Shown here in pieces: positions 36,101-50,500 of a DNA stretch of 64,000 nucleotides (position 1 is its first letter; every line of letters begins with the position of its first letter). Source of the stretch: Eutreptiella sp. 'Long Island Sound 2002' (lineage: Eukaryota > Protista > Euglenida); NCBI GenBank assembly GCA_964036045.1, contig OZ038379.1, positions 4,836,001 through 4,900,000 of the forward strand. Direction: 5' to 3'. Made by a program: the position numbers and the translations under genes. The notes under the pieces were generated by a model. That model searched no databases and was not told the DNA's origin. It saw nothing but the letters and a program-made list of their open reading frames with translations.

Positions 36101-38497
36101 GTTCCGCTGTGTGCCCACTGTCTTTGTTTGCTTAGTGAACTAACCCACGGGCATCCTTGCTTTGAATTTTGACAGAAAGGTACCTATGGTCTTGTAGGCC
36201 ACTGACGAGCCACATTTTCTGCGCTTGGTTTTGTCTNNNNNNNNNNNNNNNNNNNNNNNNNNNNNNNNNNNNNNNNNNNNNNNNNNNNNNNNNNNNNNNN
36301 NNNNNNNNNNNNNNNNNNNNNNNNNNNNNNNNNNNNNNNNNNNNNNNNNNNNNNNNNNNNNNNNNNNNNNNNNNNNNNNNNNNNNNNNNNNNNNNNNNNN
36401 NNNNNNNNNNNNNNNNNNNNNNNNNNNNNNNNNNNNAGCCAGGCATTCCTTCGGGGGTTGGCAAGAGCCGCCGAGGGTTCGATTCCCCCTCAGCCCCGTG
36501 CCCCAAAGCACGGGCCGCCCCACTACCGCCCGCCACACCGCCCGCCCCGGTCTTCAGGTGCTGGAGAAGTCGAAGGACTTTGCGGCGGAGGACCTCGGGA
36601 TCCAGCTGGAGTTCATGTACCAACAGGCGTACGTGGCCAACATCTCCGACGGCAGCCCGCTGAAGGCGCTGGAGATCAAGAAGGGCGACACGATCCTCAA
36701 GTGGTCGGAGGAGAGCATCACGGACCACGAGTCGTTCCACCGGGTCTACCAGAAGGCGCACGACGACCAGGCCGTGAGTCTCTTGGTCAGGTCCGGCCGC
36801 CTCCGTCTTCCCTGCGAGCCGTGGTCGCCTCTCCCGTTGTCCGTACGTCCGCCCCCCCCCCCCCCCCTCGTAAGTCCGACACTTTATCCGACACTGATTG
36901 CTGATGTCTGACTGACAGCTACTGACTGTGATTGTCTGACTAATGTAGTCAGACATGATGTTCTGTTTTCTGTTTCAGACACAGTGTGTGTCTTGAGGTT
37001 CAACAGGTTTGGCATAGAGAATAAAGATGCACTTATGCCTGACTGTGGAGTGCATTACCTCTGGTTGCATTTGTCTGTTTTTTAATTAGGTCACACCCCC
37101 CCTCGTAAGTGCCATAGAGATGCTAATCAGGGTGATGGATGTTGGCACTCTGGCTCTGCAAAGGTTGCCCGCCTACTCGCATCCAACACACCCCGTTTGG
37201 ATTTGTGGAGAAACCCATTTTTGGGGGATGGGTGACGTTCGGAAGAAATCTAATCCCCCCCCCCCCCCGGCGGCCCTGTCCGCCCCAACGCAGGCCCTGG
37301 ATTGGATGGGTTAGACTATGTTTATGGCATAAGTGCCCCCCCCTCCCCCCCTCCCGCCCCTCTGGACCCACTCCTCTTTGAGGTTATGTGCCTTTGAGTG
37401 GGTGCAATCCAGTCGCTCTTGAAGCGGGGTGGGGCTGTGTTAAACAGGGGAAGTCCACCAAGTGCTTGGCTGGTCACTGACAGCGGTTGACTGGTCGGCT
37501 GAGAACCATTGGTGGCTAACTGACAGTGGATGGGGGTGAGCCTGCTAAAATGTGCCCAGTAATCCCCATCGGTTGGCGGTCAACGGACGACAGTTAGCCA
37601 GTAACCCCCGGGAAACCGCCAGCCGCGGGGCGGGCTGTGCTAAGACTGCCCCAAGTTCTGCTTACACCTTCGCTTAGCCCATCTTCATTACGTCACCCCC
37701 CTCTGGACCTCACCCCCCTCACCACAGTTGTAGAGTGGGAAACCGTGAAATTTCACCGAAGGACGAGTTTGTTTGGGCCATTTCTGGGACACAACGTTTT
37801 GGGTCCCATCCCCCCTCCCCCCCTCCCCCCCCCCCTCAACACACACAACACCCCCTTCGAGCACCGGATGGCCTCAACGCAGGCCCCCGGTGACGTCGAC
37901 GGTCGGGTACCGCATCATGGCATCGGCCGGGGGAGGGCCGCCCAACAGCGCAGACACACAGACTGGCCCGCCACCCAACGTTCCTCACGGACGTTCGCCG
38001 CACAGACCCAGCTCTGGCCCCTGGGGACTGGGGATTGCCCTGTGCCCGATGACCGTGGCCCTCTTGGTACGCACTCGTCACAACACAACAAAGGCCCAAC
38101 AACACTCGACTGCAATTACGTTTGGAGGGGGGGGGGGTCACTCTCAGAGGATCGCAAATGTGGCTCCCCATTTCTTGACCTTAAGGCCACAAAAATTTTC
38201 GGGTCTGAAGTCTGAGGGGCGTGTCCAGGCCGTGTGGCATGGGCGCTTTTTTGGCGCTCTTGTGAGAGCAAATGCTGCATGGGCGTTTGGCAGCCTCAGG
38301 GGCCCTGTGGTAACTCCAGCAGTGGAGTTTGGAGGGTGCTGGGGGGAAGTGTGGGTGTGTGTGGAGGGGGGGCTGACCCTGCTCCCCGTGACCAATTGCC
38401 GTGCAGGGCCAATGCAGGGAAACATAGCAGCACCGCTGTGTTTCACATCCGGCGAAAGAGAAGATGATGACTCTGAGTGCCCCATTCATGCACCTGT

Positions 38498-38535
<38 letters not shown>

Positions 38536-41500
38536 TGTGATGGTCTTTATTCTCCTCTTCGACCTCCTGTGCCGCCGCTGCCTCCTCCCCCCTCCCCCTC
38601 CTCCCCCCCCTCTCCTCCTCCTCCTCCTCCGTCTCCTGCGCCTCCCCCCCAAGCCCCCCTCCTCCTCCTCCTCCTCCTCAGGGTCTTCCTCAGGGTCTTC
38701 TGTAGGGTCCAGCTCGAACTGATTCAGGTTTGCTGCTTACCCTCCTTATCCGAAGGGTACTTCTCCTGCCCCCCACCAAGAAATGCGCCCCCCCCCCCCC
38801 CCAGTGGCTGGAGACAAGCAACGATTTTCTCCAGAAACCCCAAACCATCGCACACACCCGGAAGCACCAACCGGCCACACTTGCTCCATTTGTATGGCAC
38901 CCCGACGCCCCCTTTTCCCCTGTCCCGTCGCCCTCCCCCCACCCCCCGCCCCGTTCTCCGTCAGGCTCGCCGAGCGGGGCCTCGAGATGAGCTGCTACTT
39001 CCGCATGAAGCGGCCGGCCTGGGCCGAGGAGACCTTCGAGCTCAAGGCCAGCCAGCCGGGCCGGCGCACCAGCCCCACCGCCGACCTCTGGCTGCAGCAG
39101 CCCGGCTCCTTCGCGCACCGGCTCATGCTCGACGCCGCCATGAACCGCCAGGAGTCCGTGGACTTCAGCCAGCTTCTGTACGAGATCAAGGTCACCCCCA
39201 TGCCCACGGACCAGCGGGTGCTGGGCGTGTCCATGGTCTACCTCGACCACACCTTCTTCACGCTGGACTTCCCCCGGTACCACATGCGGCTGCCGGGGAG
39301 GGCCCGCCCGTACTCGGGGCAGCTGTCCGCCTGGAGCTCCGTGAACTTGGGGCTGGAGGAGCATACGTGGATCCCGCCCAACTGCAACTGCTTCGTGTTC
39401 GCGCACCCGCCGGAGGGGGCCGCGGCCGACGCCCCGCGGGGCGTCGGGGCGGCGCTGAGCGGGTTCTTCCGCAACGGCGGGTACGTGTACTTCAACTTCG
39501 GGGGCGGGGACGAGAGCCTCAACGACGCCGTGCGGGACCGGGAGCGGCACACGAAGGATGTGGTGAATGTGCGCGGGGCCGTGGCCATTGTGGACTCGTC
39601 CGTGGTCCAGTCGGCGGAGGTCCCGGAGGTGTTCCCGTCGGAGCTGCAGCTGTGCTTCCATGGTATGCCACGTGGCGGGGGGGGGGGAGGGGGGGGGGGG
39701 CATGGTATGCGGCGTGGAGGGGGGGGGGGGGGGGGACGCGTTCCAAAACAATGTTCTGCCGAATTCCGAAACATTCCAAAAGGGACTCAAGAGAGGCGGG
39801 CGGAAAATTCATTTGTGGCGCGGGTAACTCGAGGGCGGGGTATGGGGGGGGGGGGGGGGCGTGCCATAAAGGCTGAGTGAGTGCGCCGGTGGGTACCGTA
39901 CGTGTTCGCCCTTTGAGGAGGGAGTCCTCCACTCGTGGATGGGTGGGTGGGTTGTGTGTGTGGGGGGGGGGGGGGGGTGGCGCTTTGGGCCCTCGTTGGT
40001 CCACTCATTGTGGCGTCTCTCCCCAGAACCTGTCTTTGAACGGGCGAGGGAGCGGGGGGATGGAGCATCCCGGGCCTGGAAGTGGGTCTCAGGGGGCGGC
40101 GGGGCTCCATAAAGTCTGGAGAGGGGATGGTGGAGTGGGGGGTAGCCTCCCTCCTTGGCAAACCAGGTTCTCGGGAGCGCTGCAGATTTGCTGATGGTGC
40201 TGCAGAGACACACAATCTCCTCCCCTTCCTGGCATTGGGAGACACGCAATACACGGTTGTTGCTCTTGAGGGTAGCAGGTAGCGGGAAGAGGGCCATCGA
40301 TACAAAAGGCTCCGGAGCAGAAAACACATTTTTGCGGTCGCTGCACTCTGACTTGTGCACAATTTAGTGTGGAAAAGGGGCTCCCGTGACTGAGCAGTGC
40401 TGTTGGTAAAAAAAAAAGGCATTTTTGTGCTCGCTTTTTGTGAATTGAGCGTGGCGGGCAAACAGGGAACTGCTCACTTAGCACCTTTGAAATTCTAGGG
40501 GTGGCAGTGCCCCCAAGGGCCAGACCTTTTTTTCCCCATCGTTTGAGTGATCTCAACAGGTTTTGTAGCCTCATTTGTGGCAGATCCATTGGGGGCGGGG
40601 GAGGGGGGGGGGACCGATGGCCAGGGATGCACAGGGGCTCCGCATCAGGTTTTCCTCATTCAGGAGTCGCAATGCCCATCCCCCTTGTGAAGTGGGGGCC
40701 GGAAAATGGGCTCAGTCAAGGGAGCCCCTTTTGACAGGGGGTGGGGGGGGGCTTGGGAAAAGGGGCTCAAGTCCCACCGCCCAGAAATGCATTTTTCTCC
40801 AGCCAAAATCCCAAAAACCCCGCAACAAAAAATGCCAAAATCACCCAGCGCACATAGTGGCTGCTAGGCCCATGTAGCCGAGCCATGGGCCCCCCAAAAG
40901 GCCCAAAATTGCGCTTGTTTGGGCAGTTTAGTGGCACCTGAATTTTTTTTTCAAAATTCGCTTTTTTTCTGAAACCCTTCTGTCGCGCCTGGGATGGGTT
41001 CGGGTAATCATTCGGTGACAATACGTTTACTTGAGCACCCAAGGGGACCCACGTAGTGGCCACTGGACCCATGTAGAACGGGCGAAGGGCCCCCCAAAAG
41101 CCCCAAAATTGTGTAGGCTGTTTAGTGGCACCTGAAATTTTTTCAAAATTCAACATTTTTCTGTCTTCAAGGTGCCTTGCCGAAGGCAATGGAATTTTGG
41201 TACAAATTCCAAAAAATCCAACTCCAATTTTCAGAAAATTCCAGAAAAAAAGCCAGATAATCCTCAACCCTCTTCAATCCTAATCAGCCCTCTTCAATCC
41301 TGATCACCTCTCTTCATGCGATTTCATCCTTCTGCATCTCCATTTCTCATAACCCCTGTTATACTCCACAGCGCTCTTCAACCCCTCCCAACCCTTCTGA
41401 CCCTCATCAGCCTCTCCAGCACATCCCTCCCTTGGCAACCCCTCCCAGCCCTCTGCAATTCTCTGCACTGCTGTCCTCTTCCCCCAAACCCTCCAACCAG

Positions 41501-44500
41501 ATCTGCCACTAGCGTCCGGCAAAGAAAACGCCTGCCGTCAGGAAGCAGCCCTGTGTGATGTGCCACTGAGTAATACCCACTCTACTCACATCGATACCTC
41601 AGTAGGAATCTGCTGCATCCAGTGCACGGCTCAATAGGGCCCCGGCCCGCCTGATTGTGTCGGTTTGCCGGACGCAGCCGGTCTGCCTCCCGCCATCCAG
41701 GCCTTGACGACAGCGGGTGGCAGAAGTGGCAGGAGCGGCTGATCATGAGCGTGCGCATCCTGCTGAACTTGGGGGAGGTCCAGGACCTGGTCGCGGGCAG
41801 CATGTTCGCCAGCAGCGCCAACAGCGCGGAGGCCCCCACCGGGATGGTCTGGACCCCGCCCTTCTCATTCGGCGACGAGGACGAGTTCCGGTTCGGCGGC
41901 TTCACGTTCATCTACACCGACGGGACGGGGGACATGCGCGCCACCTTCTACCGGTTCTCCGGGACCGTCGACATGTTCATGCCGCGCAAGGCGTGCACCG
42001 CGCGCGACGTGCGCGACCTGGCGCAGCGGGAGGCCAGCCAGATGCTGCAGGTATGCCTGTGCGGCCTGCAAACACCGGTGCGGGGGGGCAGAGGTGATTT
42101 GATGGTGAATGATCCCGGTGTGTACCTGCATCTACTGTGGACCGTACCAGCCAGAAGTTAGCTCATAGGACCTAGAGTGGTGGGCGCTGTTGGTCTCCTG
42201 TGCTTGACTCGTCTACTACAATGAAAGGCGCCTATGACATGTCGCTGAAGATCTTTTCTCCGTGCTTTATGCTTTGCGCGCTCTCTTCGTGGTTTTTGTG
42301 TACACGGGGGCATCTCCCTCACTCCGCATCGTGGGTGCCAGCCAATCCATACAGGGCCGTCCGTAGGGCTCCAGACCCCCACTCCCCCTTAGGGACTATG
42401 GACGGCGCCCCGATGGAGGGGTCACCAACCGATGGCGGGAGGGGCGGGTAATTGACGGACGGCGGTTGGGGGGGTAATCGATGGCGGTTGGCGGTCAGCC
42501 GACGGCGGTTGGCGGGTGGCCGTAGGCAATTCTTTGTCGCTGTGACGGAGGGCATGCCCCGTCCCCCTCTTGACGGACGGCGCTCGTTCCATAACCAATG
42601 TTTTGCCACAAACATATGTTTTGCATTCTTGCCCTAGAAATCTCTCTGTACATGGCTGGCGTGTGGTGTTTTGTCTGTTGCAGGGAGGGATGGGACAAAG
42701 AGGACGCGGCAAAACTCGACCGCAGGCCAGGGCACAGGGCACAGATCACAGGGCACAGGGCCACGCTGCCGCGTCGCCCTCCTGCACCCAACGATCGGGA
42801 CCCTCCCACCCGCGCGTGCCCTCCGCACCGCGCCGCCCCCCCCCGGCCTGTCCCCCCGCACACCCCCACGCACCGCAGGGGCTCAAGGGCTACGACCCCA
42901 CGTTCAGCCTCCAGACGAAGGACGGGCAGAAGTGGAGCCTGGCCAACGAGGTCCCGTACCAACTGCGCGCCGCCACGGGGCTGCTCGCGGCGCTGGGGCG
43001 CAAGCCCGAGGCCTCGGCGTCGGTCATCAGCGGCCACGGGCACTACGAGTACAACGCGGCGGAGGTGGAGCCCAAGGGCATCCCCCACGTGGAGCTGGAC
43101 CTGGACGAGGAGCTGGGCCTGGGGGACCTGGGGGCCACCGGGGAAGTGCGCCTGAACGCGGACACCATGACCCAGGCCCTCACGCGGTACTTCGGGCGGG
43201 AGGAGTTCGACCGGCACGTGGCGACGATTGGGTGGCTGTTCCAGCCGGAGAAGCACGGGGCCGACTGGAGCGACCTGCCGCAGATCAACCTGCGGACGTT
43301 CTTCGCCGCAACGGAGTCGCAGGTGGAGGACAGGCCTTTGCTCGGGGGGCAGTCTTCCAGATAAGATGTCTCCCAATGTTTTGTTTGGTTGTATCGCTGT
43401 CTCCCCCCCCCCTTTTTTTTCTTCAATGTCTCACTAATGTATCCCAAAAACACGACCAATGTATCCACAATGTTCCTGTGCACTGAGATTACATTGCTCA
43501 CATTTTACATTGCACTGCTTTAGATTGCTTTGCGTCACAGCATGAGACAAAGGTCTCTGGCCGTTTTGCCGACCAAAGGCAAACACAGTTGTTACTGACT
43601 GCCGACCTTTTTTTTTTGTCTTTGTTGATGCTGGTGTGTGTCTTTGTTTACCTGTGTCAAACTGCCACACTGCGCCACACCACACATGTCTCCCAAATGC
43701 ATCCACAATGGATCCCCCAAAAAGAACAGCGTATCCCAATCTTTTTGGATACATCTTATCTAGGAGACTGTCGGGGGGGGGGGGGGGGGCTGATGTTGGC
43801 GATGTCAGTGAGACGTCACACGAAACTGAAAGTGATGAGTTGGTCAACCCAAGTGGTGGCCCGCACAGAACACCAGTTGCCAACTGTAAGCCCCCCCCCC
43901 CCCCCCAAATGCGCCCACAGTACTGCAGTTCATCTCCACGTGCTACCTCATGTTGGGGGCGGGGTGGTCCGTCTCCCTGCCCTGCGGTGTGTGTATGCTG
44001 TACCGTAGTGCCAGCACCCAATGACGGACTGGGGTCGGGGGGTGGGGATTGTTGGTCCATATCTGTTGGAGACAGCAGGGTCCGCCTGACAGCTGCAATA
44101 CTGCCGCTGTTGGCCTGCAGAGTGGAGGGTGTTAGTCATGTACCCCCCCCTCCCCGTTGCGCAAGCACGGCCTTGTCTAAGCATGAGGTGGGCGTTGAAC
44201 CGCTGTTTTTACAGGAGGGGGGAAAATTTCGCGGCGGGATTATTTCGCCGTGGGATATTTCGTATTTCAAATTCGTGCGAAATTTCCCACGTAATTTTCA
44301 GGCCGCTGTGCGAAATAAACCCGCTGCGAAATTTAGCAAAATGTCTTGTCTGTTGTGCCCTTCCACAAGAGCTGAAACAGAGAAATGTTGCCGTCAGAAT
44401 CTGTAATGGGGGATCTTGTGATCGTACGTTTCTCATTGCTGTACGCAAGGTACACTTGCGAACTTTGCCTGCAGCCTGCTACATTCTTTGCAGGGATGGA

Positions 44501-47500
44501 AAATAATTGACAGCAGTCTCGTCCACAGCCAGCACCAACCAAAGGTCGGCTCACAGCATGCGGGTGCGAAATTTCCCACAGCAAATTCAAGATTGCATGC
44601 GAAATAAACCCGCTGCGAAATATCCCATGGCGAAATAATCCCGCCGCGAAGTTTCCCCCCCCCCTGTAGGAATTTTTGGGACCACTGTTTTTGTGGTCCC
44701 AGATGTAACATGGGGTTTAAAAGCAGTTTACCACACATTGCCACCCGATGATGTTTGTTTTGATGTGATTCTTAGCCATTCCTGCTATTTCCCTACCACA
44801 GCCTATCACCATCTGCATCTGAGGGATCTCCTGGATGTGGGCGATCATGTGTGTTTGCCGGCACGTGTGCCACACACAGGGACGGTCTTGTCTAAGCACG
44901 GGGTGGGCGTTGAACCGCTGTTTTGCCTGGGTTTTTGGGACCGTGGCCGTGCTTGCGCAAGGGGGGGGGCGGGGTACCTGTGGAGGTGAGGGGGAATGGA
45001 AGCACACAGGGCGGTGTCTGAGACATTGGTCTCTTTGTGGGACCTGAAGATCACCATCCCGTTCGCTGCTGCAGACCCGAAAGGCGCCTGTGGCACCACT
45101 GGCGAGGTCCGTGTGGTGTGCTTGATGCCAGCACCCCACGCATCTCCGTTTGGGGGGGGGGGAGTCAACAGTTTAGGCCTGGTATTTGCACCTGCTCCCT
45201 CGGGGGAGGGGGGGGGGGGGGCACAGCCGGTCCTTAGTGAGTAGCCCTGAGAATGGGCTGGATCCTACTGAGAACCACGGCCCGTGCCCGACTCAGTAAG
45301 ATCCAGCTCCCTCTGATCAGGTATGACCTGGCGGTGGCAAGTGGCAAGTGTTGGGGCCCTCTCTTTCTGCCCCAAAGGCTTTCTTCTGGCAGCCTGGTCT
45401 GGGGGCCGAAGGCTGGGACCTTTGGCCAAATGGAGCGCACTGGGGCAACATCCTCCTCAAGGGGGATGCATCTCTCTCATTCAAGGACCGCCCCTGCCCC
45501 TGCCCGCCCCTGGACGTACCCTGTCACAGCCCTCAACTGCCTCTAACAGACCTTCCCTTGCTGGAGGTTGGGGGGGTGGGTACTCCACAGGGGCACAAGG
45601 GGAATATACCCAGTCCCAACACCACAAGCGAGTCAAGTGAGGCATGTCCCACTGGCGGTCCAACAGCGTGGCGTGCGCCAAGGGCTTCAGGACCCGGTCC
45701 ACTTTGAGGCACAGGATTGTTGCACACACTTTTTTTTGTGTCTGGCAGGGGCGCCTCCAACTTGATTTTTTTCGGGGGGGATACCCCAGTACAGTACCAC
45801 TACCTACATTACCTGAAAGTCATGGGTGAAGTGCGCACAGAACAAACACAAGGAAGCCGGCCAGCCATGCATGACGCACCGGACGCACAAGGTGGGCGGA
45901 CCCTTTCGGACGGGTAAGATGGGCACGCAGCACCTCATGCCTGATAACTGCTGGAGAACCCCCCCCCCCCCCCTCTGCATACACACTGCATTTCCACAGC
46001 CTGCTTTTACAGAAACTGCATGTTGTGTAAGCTGTGCCACCGTGCAACATGGTGCAGCATTATTTCAATGTGCCGGTAACTTACAGACACCCTGTGATTT
46101 TTTAAGCCACAGCACTTCCGATCTGTGCGGCAATACAGTAGGGTATAGCATTGTTCTACACTACAAGCATCTCTCAGATACCGATTGATTCTATCAATCA
46201 GAACAGTACCCACCAGGCGGCAATACAGTGGGGATCAACGTCATTCCATACTGCAGGCATTTTCAGATATCAGTGACAGCCACATAAACATCACAATGCA
46301 ACGACACGGTGGAGGCAGCAAGGGCATAACTGTGTGGTATGCCAGCTCTCACCTTCAAGTCAAGCAAGCCACCACCGGGATCCTGTATGTGGTTTGGCGA
46401 CCGTCCACTGCAGAGGCCCCGGCCCGCCACCCGGGGGGGGCATGCCTGTGGCGGAAGTGGGGGACGGCGAACACGGGTCTCACCCAGTGTGGCCTTTCAC
46501 ATGGCAGCCCCCAATCTCTGAGGTGGAGAATGCGGGAGACGCCTGGGACCTGCAGACAGCGCAGTTCTCTTGGCCTAGTGACCGAGAGTCACAGCCCCTC
46601 CCCCCCCTCCCCTTCTTTGGGCCGTCTGCGCCCAAAGATTGTGTGCGAGGGCTGGGTACAGACCGAGCCGGGATTCCCGTGAGCAAGTGAAGATGCGCCT
46701 GGCGTTCCAAAGCTCAGCCGCCCAAATCCCGGACACAGGCACAGGGAACCGGGCCCCCGGTGTGGCAACGTGCCACACCCCCCCCCCACCCCCTTCCTGT
46801 ACTCCGCACGACCAAGTGTTCAAAGGGCAGTAGTCAACTGATGGGCGGCTGGTCGTCTACAGACGGCCATTTAGTCAGCAGCCGACGGTCATGCGGCGGC
46901 CGGCCGTGCTGCACCGACCGCATGGGCCGGCGCCCGACGGCAGCGGGTGATAAGCGTGACTCGGCACCCGCCTTCCCGCACTGTTCGCGGCGTCGGCACT
47001 GCGCCGACGCCATTTGCCCCGGCTGTGCCCCCGGACCCCCTCGGCCCTGCCCCCGGCCCCCTCCCGCCCGCAGATCGCCCTCGACGACGCCAGCGCGCAG
47101 CACCTGCAGTCCCTCGTCCAGCAGCTCAGCACCAAAGGCTTCAAGACGCTGCGGCAGTGGCTGTTCGACGCGCGGCTGGAGATCGACCAGTTCACGGCCC
47201 CCCTCCGGGGCATCCCCCGCAATCCGGTGCTGGCGGCGCTGGACGGGTTCGACCCCGAGGACCAGGCGGTGGTGCAGGGGCTGAAGGCGTACAGCGCCGC
47301 CAACATCTGCCGGACCCGGCGGGTGTCGCACCTGCGGGACCTCTACGGGGACAAGACGTGGACCATGGGGCTCACGGAGTGGCAGGAGATCCAGGCGAAC
47401 ACGTGCATCTACACGTCGCGCGTGCTCCCGAAGGAGTTCTTCGTGCGGCTGGTGGCCATCCTGTCCGACGACGCCAACGCGCAGTACTGGAAGGAGCAGT

Positions 47501-50500
47501 CGCACCAGAGCCTGAACAACATCTGGCACGCGGTCAACATCACGGTGCCGGAGAAGTACAAGGCGTCGCTGGAGAAGCTCCAGCAGCTCCTCAACGAGGT
47601 GTGTTTGTGTTTGTGTTTGTGTTTGTGTTTGTGTTTGTGTTTGTGTTTGTGTTTGTGTTTGGAGCTGCTGACTGGACCGGGTCTGCGGCTGGATTTCGGG
47701 GCAGAGACTGGGGCATGGGCCGAGGCGAGGCAGAGGGGAGTCGGATGAGAAGCAGGGCTGGAGACGGAATAGGCAGGGGCTTGTCGCCCACTCGGAGACG
47801 AGCGTTTCCGATTGGGAGCCCGGGTTGGTAGTTCCCAATATCGCCGAACAGCCAACGTCTGGCTTTTGGGTTTCGGTCTGGTCTGTACCCTTTCCCCTGG
47901 GATTTGCTCTTGTCAAGTTGCCTTAATGTTGCGGCCCCTTTGCACACATCCAACGGCAGAGAAGTGGTTGTGACTGCTCCGAATGTTCCGGACATTTCTG
48001 ACTCAAAAAAAAGTTCCGAATCAGTGACGAACGGTGGAATAGGGACAAGACAGTGACAGCAAAAGGCCCAGGTACGGGCGTCGGTACAGGCAGAGGCAGA
48101 GGCATAGAACAAGCTGGGTAGGGCAGAGCGGAACAGAGGCTGAGGCTGAGGCAGAGGCAAGGGCGCGGGCAGGGCAGGGTTCCATTGGAAGGAGGGAGGT
48201 ACCCCCCTCCCCCCCCTCCAGGGCGCCCAGCCTATGCCCAGCCACTGTCTCCCTGACGGCAAGTGCCAGGCTCAATGGCATTTGCAACCGACAGTAACCG
48301 CCCCCCAACCGCTTTGGCAACCTCCTCCACCAACCGCCTGTCTAGCGGCTTCTGGGGCGGCTCATGAGGTCCTTTCCCTTCTAATGCATCCCTGGGGCAA
48401 GGGCAGGGGCAAAGGCAGCCCCACCCACTTCCTCAGGTGCGCAGCGAGGGCCACCAGAAGTTCGGGTTCGTGTCGGAGGAGGACTACAGCACGATGCTCA
48501 ACACGTCCATCGCGTCCCTGGCGACGTGCGTGTGCGTGGCCCAGAAGGGGTACTGCCTCCTGGACGACGACAACCAGCTGCAGGAGCGGCCCCCGGCGGA
48601 GATGGTGTTCCTGTCCGCCTGCGCGCCGGACTTCCTGGACCCCGACGGGCGGTCGCAGGCCCGGCAGGAGCTCCAGAAGTACTTCATCCCCCCGAACAAG
48701 ACGGGCAAGTGGCGGTCGCACGGGGCGTACCACGGGCGGCACGCGCTGCGCATCCGCATCATGGACATCTGGCACCGGGTGTTCACGGCCTGCGCCGACC
48801 AGAACGTGTCGCACCCGTCGCTGCTCCCGATGGGCCTGGGCATCTTCCGGCCCAAGGTCGCGGAGCCCGACACCATCCCGTTGTACTTCGAGGTGTGGGC
48901 CGGGAGGGCGAGGGGTGAGGGCCCCGGGAGAAAATCTGTGGGACTATGGGGGTGTCCCCTGACCCCGGGACCAACTCACGGAGGTATAGGGGCCAGCCAC
49001 GGGTCCCAAGAACAATTCAATGTGAGTACTGGGATGCCCTGTGACCCCAAGACCAACCGAGGGAGGTATTGGGGCCGCCCAAGGGCCCTAGGAGAAAATC
49101 TCTCGGCGTATGGGGGTGTCCCCTTACCCCAGGACCAACGCATGGAGGTATAGGCACGGAGGGGCCCTGCACCCGACCGATGCGGATCCCCCCTACCCCC
49201 CTCAAGGGGGTGGGGGGTCGGGACGTGGGATCTCATGAGGGGCTTGGGGACCGGGCCATTGCGTATTGGCAGCCCCAGGGGGAGGAGGGAGGTTAGTAAG
49301 GATAGGCCAGGCAGGGGGAGGGAGGGCACGGGGGGGGGGGGGGGTGAGAGGCCCATGGGCCCCGCCGCCTTTGAAGGGGAAGGGGTCAAGGGAAGGGCAA
49401 GGGTAAGTGGCGAGAGGCCAATAGGCGCCACCCTGCCAACCTGCAGACAGCAACACCACCGTCATGCCAACAACCCCCCCATCCCCTTGGGGGGGGGGTC
49501 AGAGGCCGATGACAAGTGTGTGGATCTAACATCGGCCTCCCATGTCGGCCCCCTTTAACGAATTTCACATCTTGCCTGAGGAATTAAGTTCTGATGGGGT
49601 GGGTCGCCCGGTCCTGAAGCAACGGCCTGTGGGGAACCTCTGCCCCCTCGTCCCCGCTTTTTCGTTGAGGGGGTTGCTGGCCGGTGGTGAGAGGAGCCGA
49701 TACGCACCCTCGACACAAAGCAGATGTGTGCACTACAGAAGCTAGACACCACCTCGTCCAGCGCCCCCATTGCCTCGCCTCACAGAAGGGAGAGGGAACG
49801 GGGGGTCAGACGCAGCTCAACGCAAAAGGACCGCATGGAGGGGCCCAACGAAACGCTGGAATTCTGGAACTTTTGTCTGCCCCAGAAATGGTGCTCCGCC
49901 GGAGGAGTGCAGTGCGCCCCCCCCCCCCCCCTCAAGGAGGCAGTGTGTTGTTGAAACCCCGGGGGCGGTCTGTGTTGTGTTTGGAGCGTTGTGCTTGGGG
50001 CAGGGCACCGGGCAGTACACCCGGTATCCCGTGTCTTTTTTTTTATGACCTGCTGTTGTTGGTCGAGGCGTTTGGCGGCGCGGGGGGGGGGGGGGGCAGT
50101 GTTATTGGGGGGAGTGGAGTATTGATCCCGCCGCTCAGAATTGCAGCACAAAGGGAGGGGGGTGTTCCAAAAAAAAGGGCAGGTTGGGTACCGTGTGACA
50201 TGCAGTGCAGCCGGTCCCCGTTGCCTTGTGCTCTGCTCTTATTGGTACAGCACATTTGTAGGATGACCGGGGGGGGGGGGCTGGCAGCCAAGTCATGCTT
50301 GAACCCCTCCCTCCCTCCCCCCCCCAAAAAGCACGCCACAAGCCTGTGCACCAATCATATCAAGCACGCACACTGCGGGCCACTGCCAGAGTGCGATATC
50401 GGCGTCATGGATTGGGGAGGGGGCGTTGGGGGCTGTGGTGACGAATTACGGGGCCGTTTCTGCTCCATTGAATTCGGTCATTTGTAATTCGTATCGGGGG

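Noticed and set aside
37883-38066. Extra exon [15 protein letters not shown]...MTVALL between the PDZ exon and 38965
   Set aside because: It has a phase-2 acceptor, but its best donor is phase 0 and would break the frame with 38965; codon bias fades after about 20 codons. Cannot be excluded as an alternative exon.
38464-39876. Longest ORFs in the track (470 aa at 38464; 360 aa minus at 46834; 293 aa minus at 42495; 319 aa at 7617)
   Set aside because: Shadow or antisense frames of GC-rich exons extended through microsatellites; the true coding frames are the exons listed.
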